NCBI GenBank assembly: GCA_024655965.1 | Contig: JANLFL010000001.1 | Location: forward strand, 22,049 to 86,048 | Source: Caldisericota bacterium | GTDB taxonomy: Bacteria; Caldisericota; JANLFM01 | Direction of reading: 5' to 3' | DNA: 64,000 nucleotides | Shown here: positions 36,491 to 45,420 of the stretch, piece after piece | Layout: every line of letters begins with the position of its first letter | How positions within the stretch are numbered: the stretch's first letter is position 1 | Notes under the pieces: generated by a model | What the model was told of the DNA's origin: nothing | Database searches by the model: none | The model's input: only the letters and a program-made list of their open reading frames with translations | Position numbers and translations under genes: made by a program

Positions 36491-38167
36491 CTAAAGTCCC
36501 GCTGGGGCAAAAGGATCAAAAGCCGTCCTGTGCCTCTTTAAGGCTTCCAGGTTCCGATATTCGGGAAGGAGCAATGGGGAATAACCCTTTTTTTCGATCC
36601 CCTCCCTTTCCAGCTCCTTCTCAAAATCCCAAACGTGGTCCAGGTTCAAACGACCTTTGATTTCCGTCTCCCTGGCAATCCTCGCTGCTTCAATTCCAGC
36701 TCGCCGTCCGAAGACGTTGTAGTCGAGAACCGAGTTCCCCATCAAGCGGTTCCGCCCGTGGACACCGCCGGATACTTCCCCGGCCGCGAGAAGGTTGGGT
36801 ACGCTGGAATGGCAGTTCTCATCGATCTCCACTCCCCCGTTCTGGTAGTGAAGAGTGGGGTAAACAAGCATGGGAAGCTCACGGATGTCTATCCCAAAGC
36901 GCCTGTACTGTCTGAGCATGGCGGGGAAAGCCCTTTCGATAGTGCCCGGCCCGTTGAGAATCTCAATCAGAGGTGAATCCAGCCAGATTCCATATTGTCC
37001 GTCTGGGGTACGGACTCCCAGACCCTTTTTGCATTCCTGAATGTACTCGGAAGCTTCCACATCTCGGGGTTCCATGGGGAAAACGAAGAGCTCTCCCTTG
37101 GCGTTAACCGGTTGACCGCCCATTGCCCGAATTTTTTCCGTGATCAGGAACCCGTGAATTTGGGGAGGGTATATTGCCCCAGTTGGATGGAATTGAACCG
37201 AGTCCATGTGAAGAAGCCTGGCACCTGCCCGGTAAGCCATCACCACTCCATCCATGGTGGCTCCGTAATGATTGGTAGTTGGGAAACCCCGGATATGGAT
37301 GCGACCGAACCCCCCGGTCGCCAGGATCACCACCTTTGCTTGAACCACGAAAAACTCGCCGGTCTCCATGTCGAAAAGGATGGCCCCCGCAACCTTTCCT
37401 TCTTCATCCTTGATCAGCTCAACCGCGGGGAGAAACTCCAAAACGGTAATTTGATCGGGATGATTGCGGACTTCGTCCCTCAGGACACGCATGATCTCCG
37501 CTCCAGTGTAGTCCCTGCAAGACAGCATCCGCCTTCTTGAAGCTCCCCCTCCGGACTGGGTCTGAAAGTGACCATCGGGAAGCTTGTCCCAGATAACCCC
37601 TAACTCCTCGAGAAACTTTACAATATAGGGAGCCTCGGTGGTCATGATCTTCAATAACTCGGGTTTGTTGTCGAAGTGACCCCCTCCGATGGCATCGAGG
37701 TAGTGGATGAGAGGGGAATCCCCGGGGTTAACTGAAGCCTGCATCCCTCCCTGGGACATCATGGAATTTGCATCCCCCAGGCGGAGTTTTGTGGAAAGGA
37801 TAACCTTTGCCCCCTCCTTTGCCGCCCAGAGGGCAGCCTGGCAACCGGCACCCCCTCCTCCAATCACCAAGACGTCGGTTTGATAATCCACTGGCTCAAG
37901 TTTAAAGTCCCGAGGGAGCCGGGAAGGCCTCTCCAAAATATCGACCACTTCGGAGGTGAGCTCCTCCCCTCTATTTGGCCCGACCCGAATTGGTTTTCGG
38001 GCGTCCGGCTGATAATCTGGGTGGTTCTCCCTTAAAACTTTTTCCCGGGCTTCGGCAGAAAGGGGAACAAGGAATTTTTGCAAACCTTCCCTGGCCATTT
38101 CCGCCCTTCGAGGCCTTGTGGCCTCCACCATCTTAATCGACTCGAACATATTATCAGGGTAGCCCAT
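36491..38167 (-). CDS. fumarate reductase / succinate dehydrogenase flavoprotein-family subunit (TfrA/SdhA-like, soluble type)
   Basis: Motifs VLVIGGGGAGCQAALWAA, QFHPTG and AAGEVSGGVHGRNRLMGNS. No adjacent membrane-anchor genes. Confidence 0.8.
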   Translation of the reverse strand: MGYPDNMFESIKMVEATRPRRAEMAREGLQKFLVPLSAEAREKVLRENHPDYQPDARKPIRVGPNRGEELTSEVVDILERPSRLPRDFKLEPVDYQTDVLVIGGGGAGCQAALWAAKEGAKVILSTKLRLGDANSMMSQGGMQASVNPGDSPLIHYLDAIGGGHFDNKPELLKIMTTEAPYIVKFLEELGVIWDKLPDGHFQTQSGGGASRRRMLSCRDYTGAEIMRVLRDEVRNHPDQITVLEFLPAVELIKDEEGKVAGAILFDMETGEFFVVQAKVVILATGGFGRIHIRGFPTTNHYGATMDGVVMAYRAGARLLHMDSVQFHPTGAIYPPQIHGFLITEKIRAMGGQPVNAKGELFVFPMEPRDVEASEYIQECKKGLGVRTPDGQYGIWLDSPLIEILNGPGTIERAFPAMLRQYRRFGIDIRELPMLVYPTLHYQNGGVEIDENCHSSVPNLLAAGEVSGGVHGRNRLMGNSVLDYNVFGRRAGIEAARIARETEIKGRLNLDHVWDFEKELEREGIEKKGYSPLLLPEYRNLEALKRHRTAFDPFAPAGL

Positions 38168-38177
38168 TCTTACCTCC

Positions 38178-38864
38178 TCAAGTGATCTGGAAGTTGATTT
38201 CCCTGGAGAAATAACGGTTCTTGAGCTCTTCCTTGCTCAATGACATTAGTTCTTTATACCCTTCCTCATATTTTCCTGAAGAAATGTCCTTCAGCCTCTG
38301 CTCGAGGAGGGCGCTCTTTTTGGTGAGGAACTTCCCGTAGATCCTCCGAGCAAGGAGGGCAATGTTGAATTGGGTAATCTCCGCAGGGCACCTTGCGCTG
38401 CAAAGCCCGCACATGATGCAATCAAAGGAGAGGTTTGCAACTTGCTCAAAATCCCCCCTGATTGCCGCCTGGACGAAATCCATTACCTGGAGTTCCTGAG
38501 GGCAGATCTTTGTGCAGGTGTTGCAGGAAAGGCAACGATATAGCTCGGGATAATGGCGAACGAAAACTTCCGGGTCAGGTTTCAGCTCCTCGATGTTGTA
38601 AATGGCCTTCGGGGCGGGGACAAATGGAATCTGGACAATCTGCATCTCGGGCTGGACAACGGTCTGACAACCCAGGCCCCCTCTCAATTTATAATCCCCT
38701 TTCAAGCGGTAAAGGGAAGCGCATGCCCCACAGAAGCCCTCTTTGCATCCAACTCCCTTTTTTAACTTGAAGCCCAGGTACTCAAGGGCGGTAATGATCG
38801 TCGAACCTTCCGGGACAAGAAATTTCCTCGAGTAAAGGTAAATTGGGATCAGGTCATGGGCCAT
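38178..38864 (-). CDS. SdhB/FrdB-like iron-sulfur subunit (2Fe-2S plus 4Fe-4S motifs)
   Basis: I choose ATG 38864 (MAHDLIP...), which abuts the upstream stop. Motifs CKEGFCGACA, CLSCNTCTKICP and CIMCGLCSARCP. Confidence 0.75.
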   Translation of the reverse strand: MAHDLIPIYLYSRKFLVPEGSTIITALEYLGFKLKKGVGCKEGFCGACASLYRLKGDYKLRGGLGCQTVVQPEMQIVQIPFVPAPKAIYNIEELKPDPEVFVRHYPELYRCLSCNTCTKICPQELQVMDFVQAAIRGDFEQVANLSFDCIMCGLCSARCPAEITQFNIALLARRIYGKFLTKKSALLEQRLKDISSGKYEEGYKELMSLSKEELKNRYFSREINFQIT

Positions 38865-38865
38865 A

Positions 38866-39771
38866 CTAAATTCCCCCCTTCTCTTTTTCAAAAAATCCCG
38901 CGAGCACCGGCTGAGGAGCCACGAAGTGCTCGTCGGTAAAACCATTTCCTTTTCCCAGAGCAATGGAAAGAAGCTCCGAATAATAAACTGCGGGGATGAA
39001 TTTGTGATCTGAATGGTTCTCCTTCGCTTCCTTTTGACGATAATCAAGGTTGAAGGCGCATAAAGGACAAGCGGTTATGACAATATCCGCCCCTCCCATT
39101 GAAGCTCCCTTGAGAATGTCGTAGACCAGATCGGAAACTAACCCCGTCTCTGTGACCGTCTGATAACTCCCGCAACAACGCATCCTCCTGGGGTTGGATG
39201 CGACTTCCGCACCTAATGACTCCACCAGGTCTTCCAAGATCGAGGGGTTCTCGGGGTCATCGATGGAAACATCTTTTGGTCTTAAAAGATTGCACCCGTA
39301 ATAAGGGGAAACCTTCAGTCCCTTCAGAGGTTTCTTGACCTTCTCTTTTATTTTTTCGAAGGAGATTTCCCTTAGGAGTTGAAGGGCGTGAATTATTTCC
39401 ACTTTTCCGAGGTATGGCTGGGCTTCAAGGTATAAGAAATCGTTAACCTTTTTCAAATCCTCGGGATTCCCCTTAAGGCGGGCGTTTGCCCTTTTCAAAA
39501 CGTTGAAGCACATGGCGCAGGAAACAACCAGGCGGGGGTCGTCGACCTCCCCCTTCTCCACAACTTCCTGGGTCCGAATCAGATTGGTAATTGGGGCCAC
39601 CTGCCTGAGGAGGTCATCCGAAACCAGGGAATAAACAGCTCCGCAGCAATTCCATCTGGGAAGTTCGACAAGGCTAACCCCGAGCTCTTCAAAAACCGCC
39701 CTGGTGGAGGCGTCGAAGTCCCGGGCTTTGGTTTTAAGGGTACACCCTGGATAATAAGGCATCCTGATCAT
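38866..39771 (-). CDS. HdrB-like / TfrB-C-terminal-like CCG-domain protein
   Basis: N-terminal YYPGCTLK and CCG motifs WNCCGAV and MRCCGSY. Confidence 0.8.
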   Translation of the reverse strand: MIRMPYYPGCTLKTKARDFDASTRAVFEELGVSLVELPRWNCCGAVYSLVSDDLLRQVAPITNLIRTQEVVEKGEVDDPRLVVSCAMCFNVLKRANARLKGNPEDLKKVNDFLYLEAQPYLGKVEIIHALQLLREISFEKIKEKVKKPLKGLKVSPYYGCNLLRPKDVSIDDPENPSILEDLVESLGAEVASNPRRMRCCGSYQTVTETGLVSDLVYDILKGASMGGADIVITACPLCAFNLDYRQKEAKENHSDHKFIPAVYYSELLSIALGKGNGFTDEHFVAPQPVLAGFFEKEKGGI

Positions 39772-39775
39772 CTCG

Positions 39776-40198
39776 TCACCCCGTGAACTTTCTCATAGCG
39801 GCCACAAGAGCAATTTGAGGGAGGATCTTCGCCTCTTCTTCCCCAATCTTTGAAAGGTCGAGGTAATCGATGGCCGCGCGAAGCTTTAACTGCCTCAGGG
39901 CTTCCGCCACCTTGGAGGGATCGATCCCCCGGGGACACCTGACAGAACATGTGTAACAGGAAGCGCAAATCCAGAATGTCTTGAAATTCAGGACCTCCTC
40001 CTCCCCCAATTGAACCATCCTCATCATCAAAGAGGGGGTCTGATCCATTTCTCCGACAAGGGGACAGCTTCCCGAACAGGTTCCGCATTGTTCGCAGAGG
40101 TTTATCGTCTCTCCGCTCAACTCCTCCACCTTTTTGGAAAATTCCCTGTTCTTGGGGCCTAAAAGGATCCTTTTAATTCGAAGAAAACCCTGCTTCAT
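39776..40198 (-). CDS. HdrC-like 4Fe-4S dicluster protein
   Basis: Motifs CEQCGTCSGSCP and CASCYTCSVRCP. 4-nt overlap with the upstream gene. Confidence 0.75.
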   Translation of the reverse strand: MKQGFLRIKRILLGPKNREFSKKVEELSGETINLCEQCGTCSGSCPLVGEMDQTPSLMMRMVQLGEEEVLNFKTFWICASCYTCSVRCPRGIDPSKVAEALRQLKLRAAIDYLDLSKIGEEEAKILPQIALVAAMRKFTG

Positions 40199-43100
40199 TC
40201 TCTCGCTCCCTGGGCCCTGGTCCAGATGTTCTGGGCCCTCTCCCTTATTCTTTCCCGCACTTCAGGGGGAATCTGGGGGACCTCCCGTTTCACAAATTTC
40301 ACCAGGGAGGCTACATATTTGAAGAAATCCGTAAGCAGAGAGGTCAAAAGTTCCGCCGATTTTAACCTCTCGGGATCAACCCCTTCATCCTTTAGAATCT
40401 GCTGCACAATCTTCACGTTCTCTCTTATAGCCTCGTTAGAACCAGGGAAGGGGGAAGCACGGCTATCGCATTCCCCTATGAAAATACCGTCAGCACCATT
40501 TGCGAAGGCTTCAAGTAAAAGAGCAGGGGTTACCCTGGCACCGGAGGGTACCCTGATGATTCTGGTTTCAACCGGGTAAGAGATTCGCGAGGTTCCCAGG
40601 TTATCCGCCAGCCGGTAAGTGCAAACTGAGTCAGCAAAAACCAGGACCCGGGAGTCGTCGGGTTTTTTCTCCTTAAGAGCCTCTTTTATCTGGGCTCTCA
40701 TTTCCGCATTGGTGTAGTAATGAAGGTCGAGGGCTTCTTGAGGACAGTGGGCAAGGCAGATTCCGCAACCCTTGCAAAGGGCTTCGTTAATTTTTATCTT
40801 CTCCCCTTCCCTGGAAATCGCCTCAACAGGACATGAGGGGAGGCAAAGGCCGCATCCGTCGCAGAGCTCGGAATGGAGAAAAGCCGTGATTGGTTCGATC
40901 TCGTAGTATCCCTTATTCATCAGGCGAATTGCCCTTGAGGCCGCCGCGGAAGCCTGAGCAACCGTATCCGGAATGTCCTTCGGTCCCTGGGCACAACCGG
41001 CAATGAAAATCCCGTCAATCAGGGTGTCGACAGGGCGGAACTTGGGATGGGCTTCCTGGAGGAAGCCATCAGGGCTCCTTGCCAGTTTGAGCATTTCGGA
41101 AATCCTGTCGGAGTCATTTGAAGGAACGAGGCCTGTGGACAGGACCACGGTATCGAATTCCCCCGAGATGAGGCTCCTCGTTAAGGTATCCTCCGCAGAA
41201 AGAATCAGGGTTCCGTTTTCAGGATTCCTCTGGATTTCCGCTACCCTTCCCCTGATGTATTTAATTCCCGATTTCTGGGCTCTCTTATAGTATTCCTCAA
41301 ATCCCTTCCCGTAAGCCCGGAGGTCGGTATAAAAAATGAAAATCTCCCGGGAGGGGTCCAGACGCTTCAAAAGCTGGGCAAGTTTGGTGGCGTACATGCA
41401 GCAAATTCTTGAGCAGTTCTCCCTTCCAATCTGCTCGTCCCTCGAGCCCACGCACTGGATGAAGGCAACCCGGTTACCTATGGCTCTCAGGGGAGGACCT
41501 GAAGATCCGGTGGAAATTATCCTTTCCAGTTCTAAAGCGGTGAGGATATTGGGAGAGTTCCCGTACTGGTAGACTGGTTTCAGCATGGGGTTGAAGGTCT
41601 CAAATCCCGTGGCCACGATGATCGTGTCCGCCTGGATCTCCTCAATTCTCTCGGTCTCCTCAAAATTAATGGCCTTCGGCTCGCAGGCCCTGACGCATTC
41701 CCGGCACTCGGAACATCCCCCGCAGTTCAGGCACCTTTCCGCTTCCCCCTTTACCGCTTCAGGGGACAACCCCAGGTTAACCTCCGATGAGTCAGAAACC
41801 AGGCTTTCGGGGATGGAAATTCTGGGCTTTGCCCGGGAGGATGGCTCAACTTTGGAGATGTCCGGCTCAATCGGGGAAGAATATGGGCCCTCAAATTCAC
41901 GGCCAACCCGGAGGTCCTCAAAGTTCAAATACCGATCGATGGAGATGGAAGCTTTTTTTCCGTGCCCCATTGCCTCGATGAAGGTAGAAGGTCCAAGGAC
42001 GGCATCCCCTCCGGCAAAAACTCCGGGAAGGGAAGTCTCCAGGGTGAGGGGGTCAGCTTTGATCAGCCCATCTTGATCGGACAAATTGAAGCCGTTTTCC
42101 GGGGGGAGTTCCTGCCCCACGGCAACGATCACGGTCTGGAATTCCTCGAGGTAGGTCTGCCCGGGGATGGGGATTGGTCTCCTCCTGCCTGTAGAATCCG
42201 GCTCCCCCAGCTCCATTTTTTGTAAAGTTACCAGAAGTCCGGAATCGCTTTTTTCAATTCTCAAGGGGGTCTCAAGGAAGCGGAATCCCACTCCCTCCAA
42301 CTGCGCTTCTTCAATTTCCTCCTCATTCGCCGGCATTTCCTTTCGGGTTCGGCGGTAGATGATCTCAACTTTTTCCGCCCCAAAGCGAATAAGGGTTCTT
42401 GCAGCGTCAATAGCGGCATTCCCTCCCCCGATGACCGCTGCCTTCCCCTTAATTCCCTCAACCTTGCCCGTGTTCGCTTCCTTCAAAAATTCCAGGGCTC
42501 CGAAAACCCCCGGAAGGTCTTCCCCAGGGATTCCCATTTTCCTGGAAGCCCAGGTTCCCACCGCAAGGAAGACCGCGTTGTATTCCTCGAGCAACCGGGA
42601 TAAGCCTTCCTTTCCTTTAATCTCCATCCCGGTGAAAAATTTGACTCCGATATCTGAAAGGACACCGAGCTCCCTGTCGAGGACTGCGCGGGGAAGCCGA
42701 TAAGGAGGGATTCCGTAACGGAGCATTCCCCCGATCTCCAACATCTTTTCAAAGACTGAAACCTCGTAACCCAGCATCCTTAAATTAAAGGCAGCCATCA
42801 GTCCTGCCGGCCCTGAGCCAACTATGGCAACTTTTTTTCCGTTGGAGGAAGGAGGGGAAAGCTCCCATTTTTTCCCTTGCTTTTCCGCGTAATCGTAGAT
42901 GAACCTCTTTAAAAGGTCTATGGCCAGTGGTTGGTCGACCCTTTCCCTACGGCAGGCAGTTTCGCAGGGATGAGTGCAGATTCTCCCGGTTATCCCCGGG
43001 AAGGGATTCGCTTCCCTGACCAATGCCAGGGCTTCCTCGTATTTCCCTTTCTTTATTAACTGAATATATCCCTGAGCGTTCACGTGGATCGGGCAGGCAG

Positions 43101-43968
43101 CCCGACAGGGAGAGGTTCCGATCTTGGTAATGAGGTACTTGTGGGGAACCGCCACATCGTTGTAAATGTGGATGGCTTTTCTCTGGGAAAGCCCGAGGTT
43201 GAACTGATTGGGCATCTCCACCGGACATTCCTTGGCGCAGTCCCCGCAGGCGGTGCACTTTTCCAGGTCGACGAAACGGGGCTTCCTCCGCACCTTGACC
43301 TTGAAGTTCCCCAGATACCCGCTAACCGATTCCACCTCGGAATAAGTGTAAAGGTGAATGTTCGGGTGCTCAGCGACATCCGCAAGTTTGGGTCCGATGA
43401 TGCAGGTTGCGCAGTCCTCGGTGGGGAAGGTTTTGGAGAGCATGGCCATCTTTCCCCCGATTGAGGCCTCCTTTTCCACCAGGAAGACCTCGAAGCCTGA
43501 ATCCCCGAGGTCGAGGGAAGCCTGAATTCCGGCAATTCCCCCTCCGATCACCAGGACCCTCTTCCCAATGGGCATCCTCTTCCTTTCGAGGGGGACATGA
43601 AGGGCGCAACGGGCAATGGCCATTCGAACCAAATCCTCAGCTTTCTTTGTGGCTTGCTGCTTGCTTGTGTGGCACCAGGAACAATGTTCACGGATATTTG
43701 CCATGTCGAAAAGATAAGGATTCAATTCCGCTTTTTCCAGGGTTTTCATGAAGGTCTTTTCGTGGAAAAGGGGAGAACAGGAAGCGACCACCACACGGTT
43801 CAGGGAATGTTCAGAGGCATCCTTCAAGATGCATTTTTGGCCGTCCTCAGAGCACATGTGCTCAAGGTCCCTGGCAACAACCACCCCGGGCTGCTCCGAT
43901 GCCACCTGGAGGAGCCTTTTCACATCGACGACATCGGAAATGTTTCCCCCGCAGTGGCAGATGTACAC
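40195..43968 (-). CDS. hdrA: HdrA / NfnB(GltD)-like / degenerate MvhD-like fusion flavoprotein (HdrL-like). True start probably upstream of the GTG at 43968.
   Basis: Motifs YICHCGGNIS, VIGGGIAGIQASLDLG, TFPTEDCATC and CTACGDCAKECP. Inserted module at aa ~280-683 (SPCRAACPIH, CTHPCETAC, GSGPAGL, GGGNAAID). Then CVGSRD...CSRICC, CDGCGLCLPSCP / CKGCGICLAHCP, and a C-terminal MvhD-like tail. Confidence 0.8.
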   Translation of the reverse strand: MYICHCGGNISDVVDVKRLLQVASEQPGVVVARDLEHMCSEDGQKCILKDASEHSLNRVVVASCSPLFHEKTFMKTLEKAELNPYLFDMANIREHCSWCHTSKQQATKKAEDLVRMAIARCALHVPLERKRMPIGKRVLVIGGGIAGIQASLDLGDSGFEVFLVEKEASIGGKMAMLSKTFPTEDCATCIIGPKLADVAEHPNIHLYTYSEVESVSGYLGNFKVKVRRKPRFVDLEKCTACGDCAKECPVEMPNQFNLGLSQRKAIHIYNDVAVPHKYLITKIGTSPCRAACPIHVNAQGYIQLIKKGKYEEALALVREANPFPGITGRICTHPCETACRRERVDQPLAIDLLKRFIYDYAEKQGKKWELSPPSSNGKKVAIVGSGPAGLMAAFNLRMLGYEVSVFEKMLEIGGMLRYGIPPYRLPRAVLDRELGVLSDIGVKFFTGMEIKGKEGLSRLLEEYNAVFLAVGTWASRKMGIPGEDLPGVFGALEFLKEANTGKVEGIKGKAAVIGGGNAAIDAARTLIRFGAEKVEIIYRRTRKEMPANEEEIEEAQLEGVGFRFLETPLRIEKSDSGLLVTLQKMELGEPDSTGRRRPIPIPGQTYLEEFQTVIVAVGQELPPENGFNLSDQDGLIKADPLTLETSLPGVFAGGDAVLGPSTFIEAMGHGKKASISIDRYLNFEDLRVGREFEGPYSSPIEPDISKVEPSSRAKPRISIPESLVSDSSEVNLGLSPEAVKGEAERCLNCGGCSECRECVRACEPKAINFEETERIEEIQADTIIVATGFETFNPMLKPVYQYGNSPNILTALELERIISTGSSGPPLRAIGNRVAFIQCVGSRDEQIGRENCSRICCMYATKLAQLLKRLDPSREIFIFYTDLRAYGKGFEEYYKRAQKSGIKYIRGRVAEIQRNPENGTLILSAEDTLTRSLISGEFDTVVLSTGLVPSNDSDRISEMLKLARSPDGFLQEAHPKFRPVDTLIDGIFIAGCAQGPKDIPDTVAQASAAASRAIRLMNKGYYEIEPITAFLHSELCDGCGLCLPSCPVEAISREGEKIKINEALCKGCGICLAHCPQEALDLHYYTNAEMRAQIKEALKEKKPDDSRVLVFADSVCTYRLADNLGTSRISYPVETRIIRVPSGARVTPALLLEAFANGADGIFIGECDSRASPFPGSNEAIRENVKIVQQILKDEGVDPERLKSAELLTSLLTDFFKYVASLVKFVKREVPQIPPEVRERIRERAQNIWTRAQGARE

Positions 43969-43988
43969 TCCAAGTCTGGGTTTATCTT

Positions 43989-44546
43989 CTATAGGAGGCA
44001 GTATTGTCTCACCCCTTCCACATAAAGGTCATTTCCCTGGGGGTCAATTGCCACAATCAATGGGAGGTCTTCCACCTCCAGTTCCCGGATCGCTTCCGCC
44101 CCCAGTTCCTCGTAAGCCACGGTCCGGGAGGACTTGACCGCTTTGGCCAGGAGCACTCCCACCCCTCCAGTTGCCGCAAGGTAAACCGCGCCATTCCTTT
44201 TTATGGCTTCCACGACCTCGGGGCTTCTCTGACCTTTTCCGATCATTGCTTTTAGCCCCAAATCGAGGAGTATTGGGGAATAAGGGTCCATTCGCTCACT
44301 GGTTGTGGGTCCCGCGGAACCAATTACCTGTCCAGGCTTGGGAGGGGTTGGCCCCACATAATAAATCGCCTGCCCTTGGAGTTCAATGGGCAGTTCCTTT
44401 CCCTCTTTTATCAATTGGGCAAGCCTCCGATGGGCGGCATCCCTCGCAGTGTAAATTTTTCCGGAAAGGAGAACCCGGTCCCCGATCTTCAGGTCCTTTA
44501 AATCCTCCTTCCTGAGAGGGGTCTTCAATCTGATTTCTTGAGGCAT
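43989..44546 (-). CDS. fumB: class I (Fe-S) fumarate hydratase, beta subunit
   Basis: 185 aa. Motifs LSGKIYTARDAAHRRL and GPTTSERMD. Confidence 0.8.
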   Translation of the reverse strand: MPQEIRLKTPLRKEDLKDLKIGDRVLLSGKIYTARDAAHRRLAQLIKEGKELPIELQGQAIYYVGPTPPKPGQVIGSAGPTTSERMDPYSPILLDLGLKAMIGKGQRSPEVVEAIKRNGAVYLAATGGVGVLLAKAVKSSRTVAYEELGAEAIRELEVEDLPLIVAIDPQGNDLYVEGVRQYCLL

Positions 44547-44556
44547 CTTTTCCCCC

Positions 44557-45402
44557 TTAAACAGTTACTGTTTTATGACGGGCGGCATGGCATTGAATGT
44601 TGACAGCCACCGGCATACTGGCAATATGGCAGGGGAGGGTGAGGATCTTTACCCCTAAGGCGGTAACCCTTCCCCCCAATCCCATGGGCCCGATTCCCAA
44701 GCGATTAATTCGGTGGAGAAGTTCATCCTCAACCTTGGCCCATTTTTCCTCAGGATGCTTATCCCTCAAGTCCCTCATCAGGGCCTTCTTGGCAAGGAGA
44801 GCGCAGGATTCGAAATTCCCCCCGATCCCCACTCCCACAATAATCGGAGGGCAAGGGTTTCCCCCGGACCTGCGAACCCGGTCAACAACGAAATCCATAA
44901 CGCCTTCCAGGCCCTGAGCGGGGGTTAACATCTTCACCTCGCTCATGTTCTCCGAGCCTCCACCCTTGGGGGCAACGGTGATCTTGATCCTGTCACCAGG
45001 GACGATATCCAGGTGGATGATGGCCGGGGTGTTGTCCCCGGTATTCTTCCTCTCAATTACCGGATCGTCCACCATGGACTTCCGGAGGTATCCGTCTTTG
45101 TAACCCTGCCTGACACCTTCATTAATTGCCGCATAAAGATCTCCTCCTTTGAGGTGAAGTTCCTGGCCGAGTTCCACGAAAACCACCGCAACCCCGGTAT
45201 CCTGGCATGCGGGCATCTCCTCCTGGGAAGCCATCCGGTGGTTGGTTAAAATCTGCCTGAGGATTTCTTTACCAACAGGGGATTCTTCCAGGGTAAGGGC
45301 TTCTTCAAGCTTTTCCAGGACATCCTCTCCGATGAAATAGTTTGCCTCAATGCAAAGCTTTTTCACCTGAGGAATCAATTCCGAAACATCAAGCTCCCTC
45401 AA
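44557..45402 (-). CDS. fumA: class I (Fe-S) fumarate hydratase, alpha subunit
   Basis: 281 aa. Motifs PACQDTGVAVVFVELG, KGGGSEN and GNPCPPIIVGVGIGG. Confidence 0.8.
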   Translation of the reverse strand: MRELDVSELIPQVKKLCIEANYFIGEDVLEKLEEALTLEESPVGKEILRQILTNHRMASQEEMPACQDTGVAVVFVELGQELHLKGGDLYAAINEGVRQGYKDGYLRKSMVDDPVIERKNTGDNTPAIIHLDIVPGDRIKITVAPKGGGSENMSEVKMLTPAQGLEGVMDFVVDRVRRSGGNPCPPIIVGVGIGGNFESCALLAKKALMRDLRDKHPEEKWAKVEDELLHRINRLGIGPMGLGGRVTALGVKILTLPCHIASMPVAVNIQCHAARHKTVTV

Positions 45403-45420
45403 TTATCCCAGCTCCTTTCC

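Noticed and set aside
36491-38864. Alternative reading of the flavoprotein / Fe-S pair as AprAB (with the HdrA proteins as Qmo-like) or as L-aspartate oxidase
   Set aside because: The Fe-S partner has an SdhB-type 2Fe-2S N-terminal domain plus two cubane motifs, not the small AprB ferredoxin. The flanking genes are fumarase and malic enzyme. No sat, dsr or nad genes were seen.
38865-39047. N-terminal 61-aa extension of the SdhB-like ORF (MIIVKRKRRRTIQ...)
   Set aside because: It lies entirely inside the upstream HdrB-like gene in another frame. The internal ATG 38864 gives a canonical 2Fe-2S N terminus and abuts the upstream stop.
29232-43968. In-frame stop codons (selenocysteine) or frameshifts in the hdrA/mvhD genes
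   Set aside because: Both giant ORFs and mvhD are uninterrupted. The positions where some organisms use Sec are encoded as Cys here.
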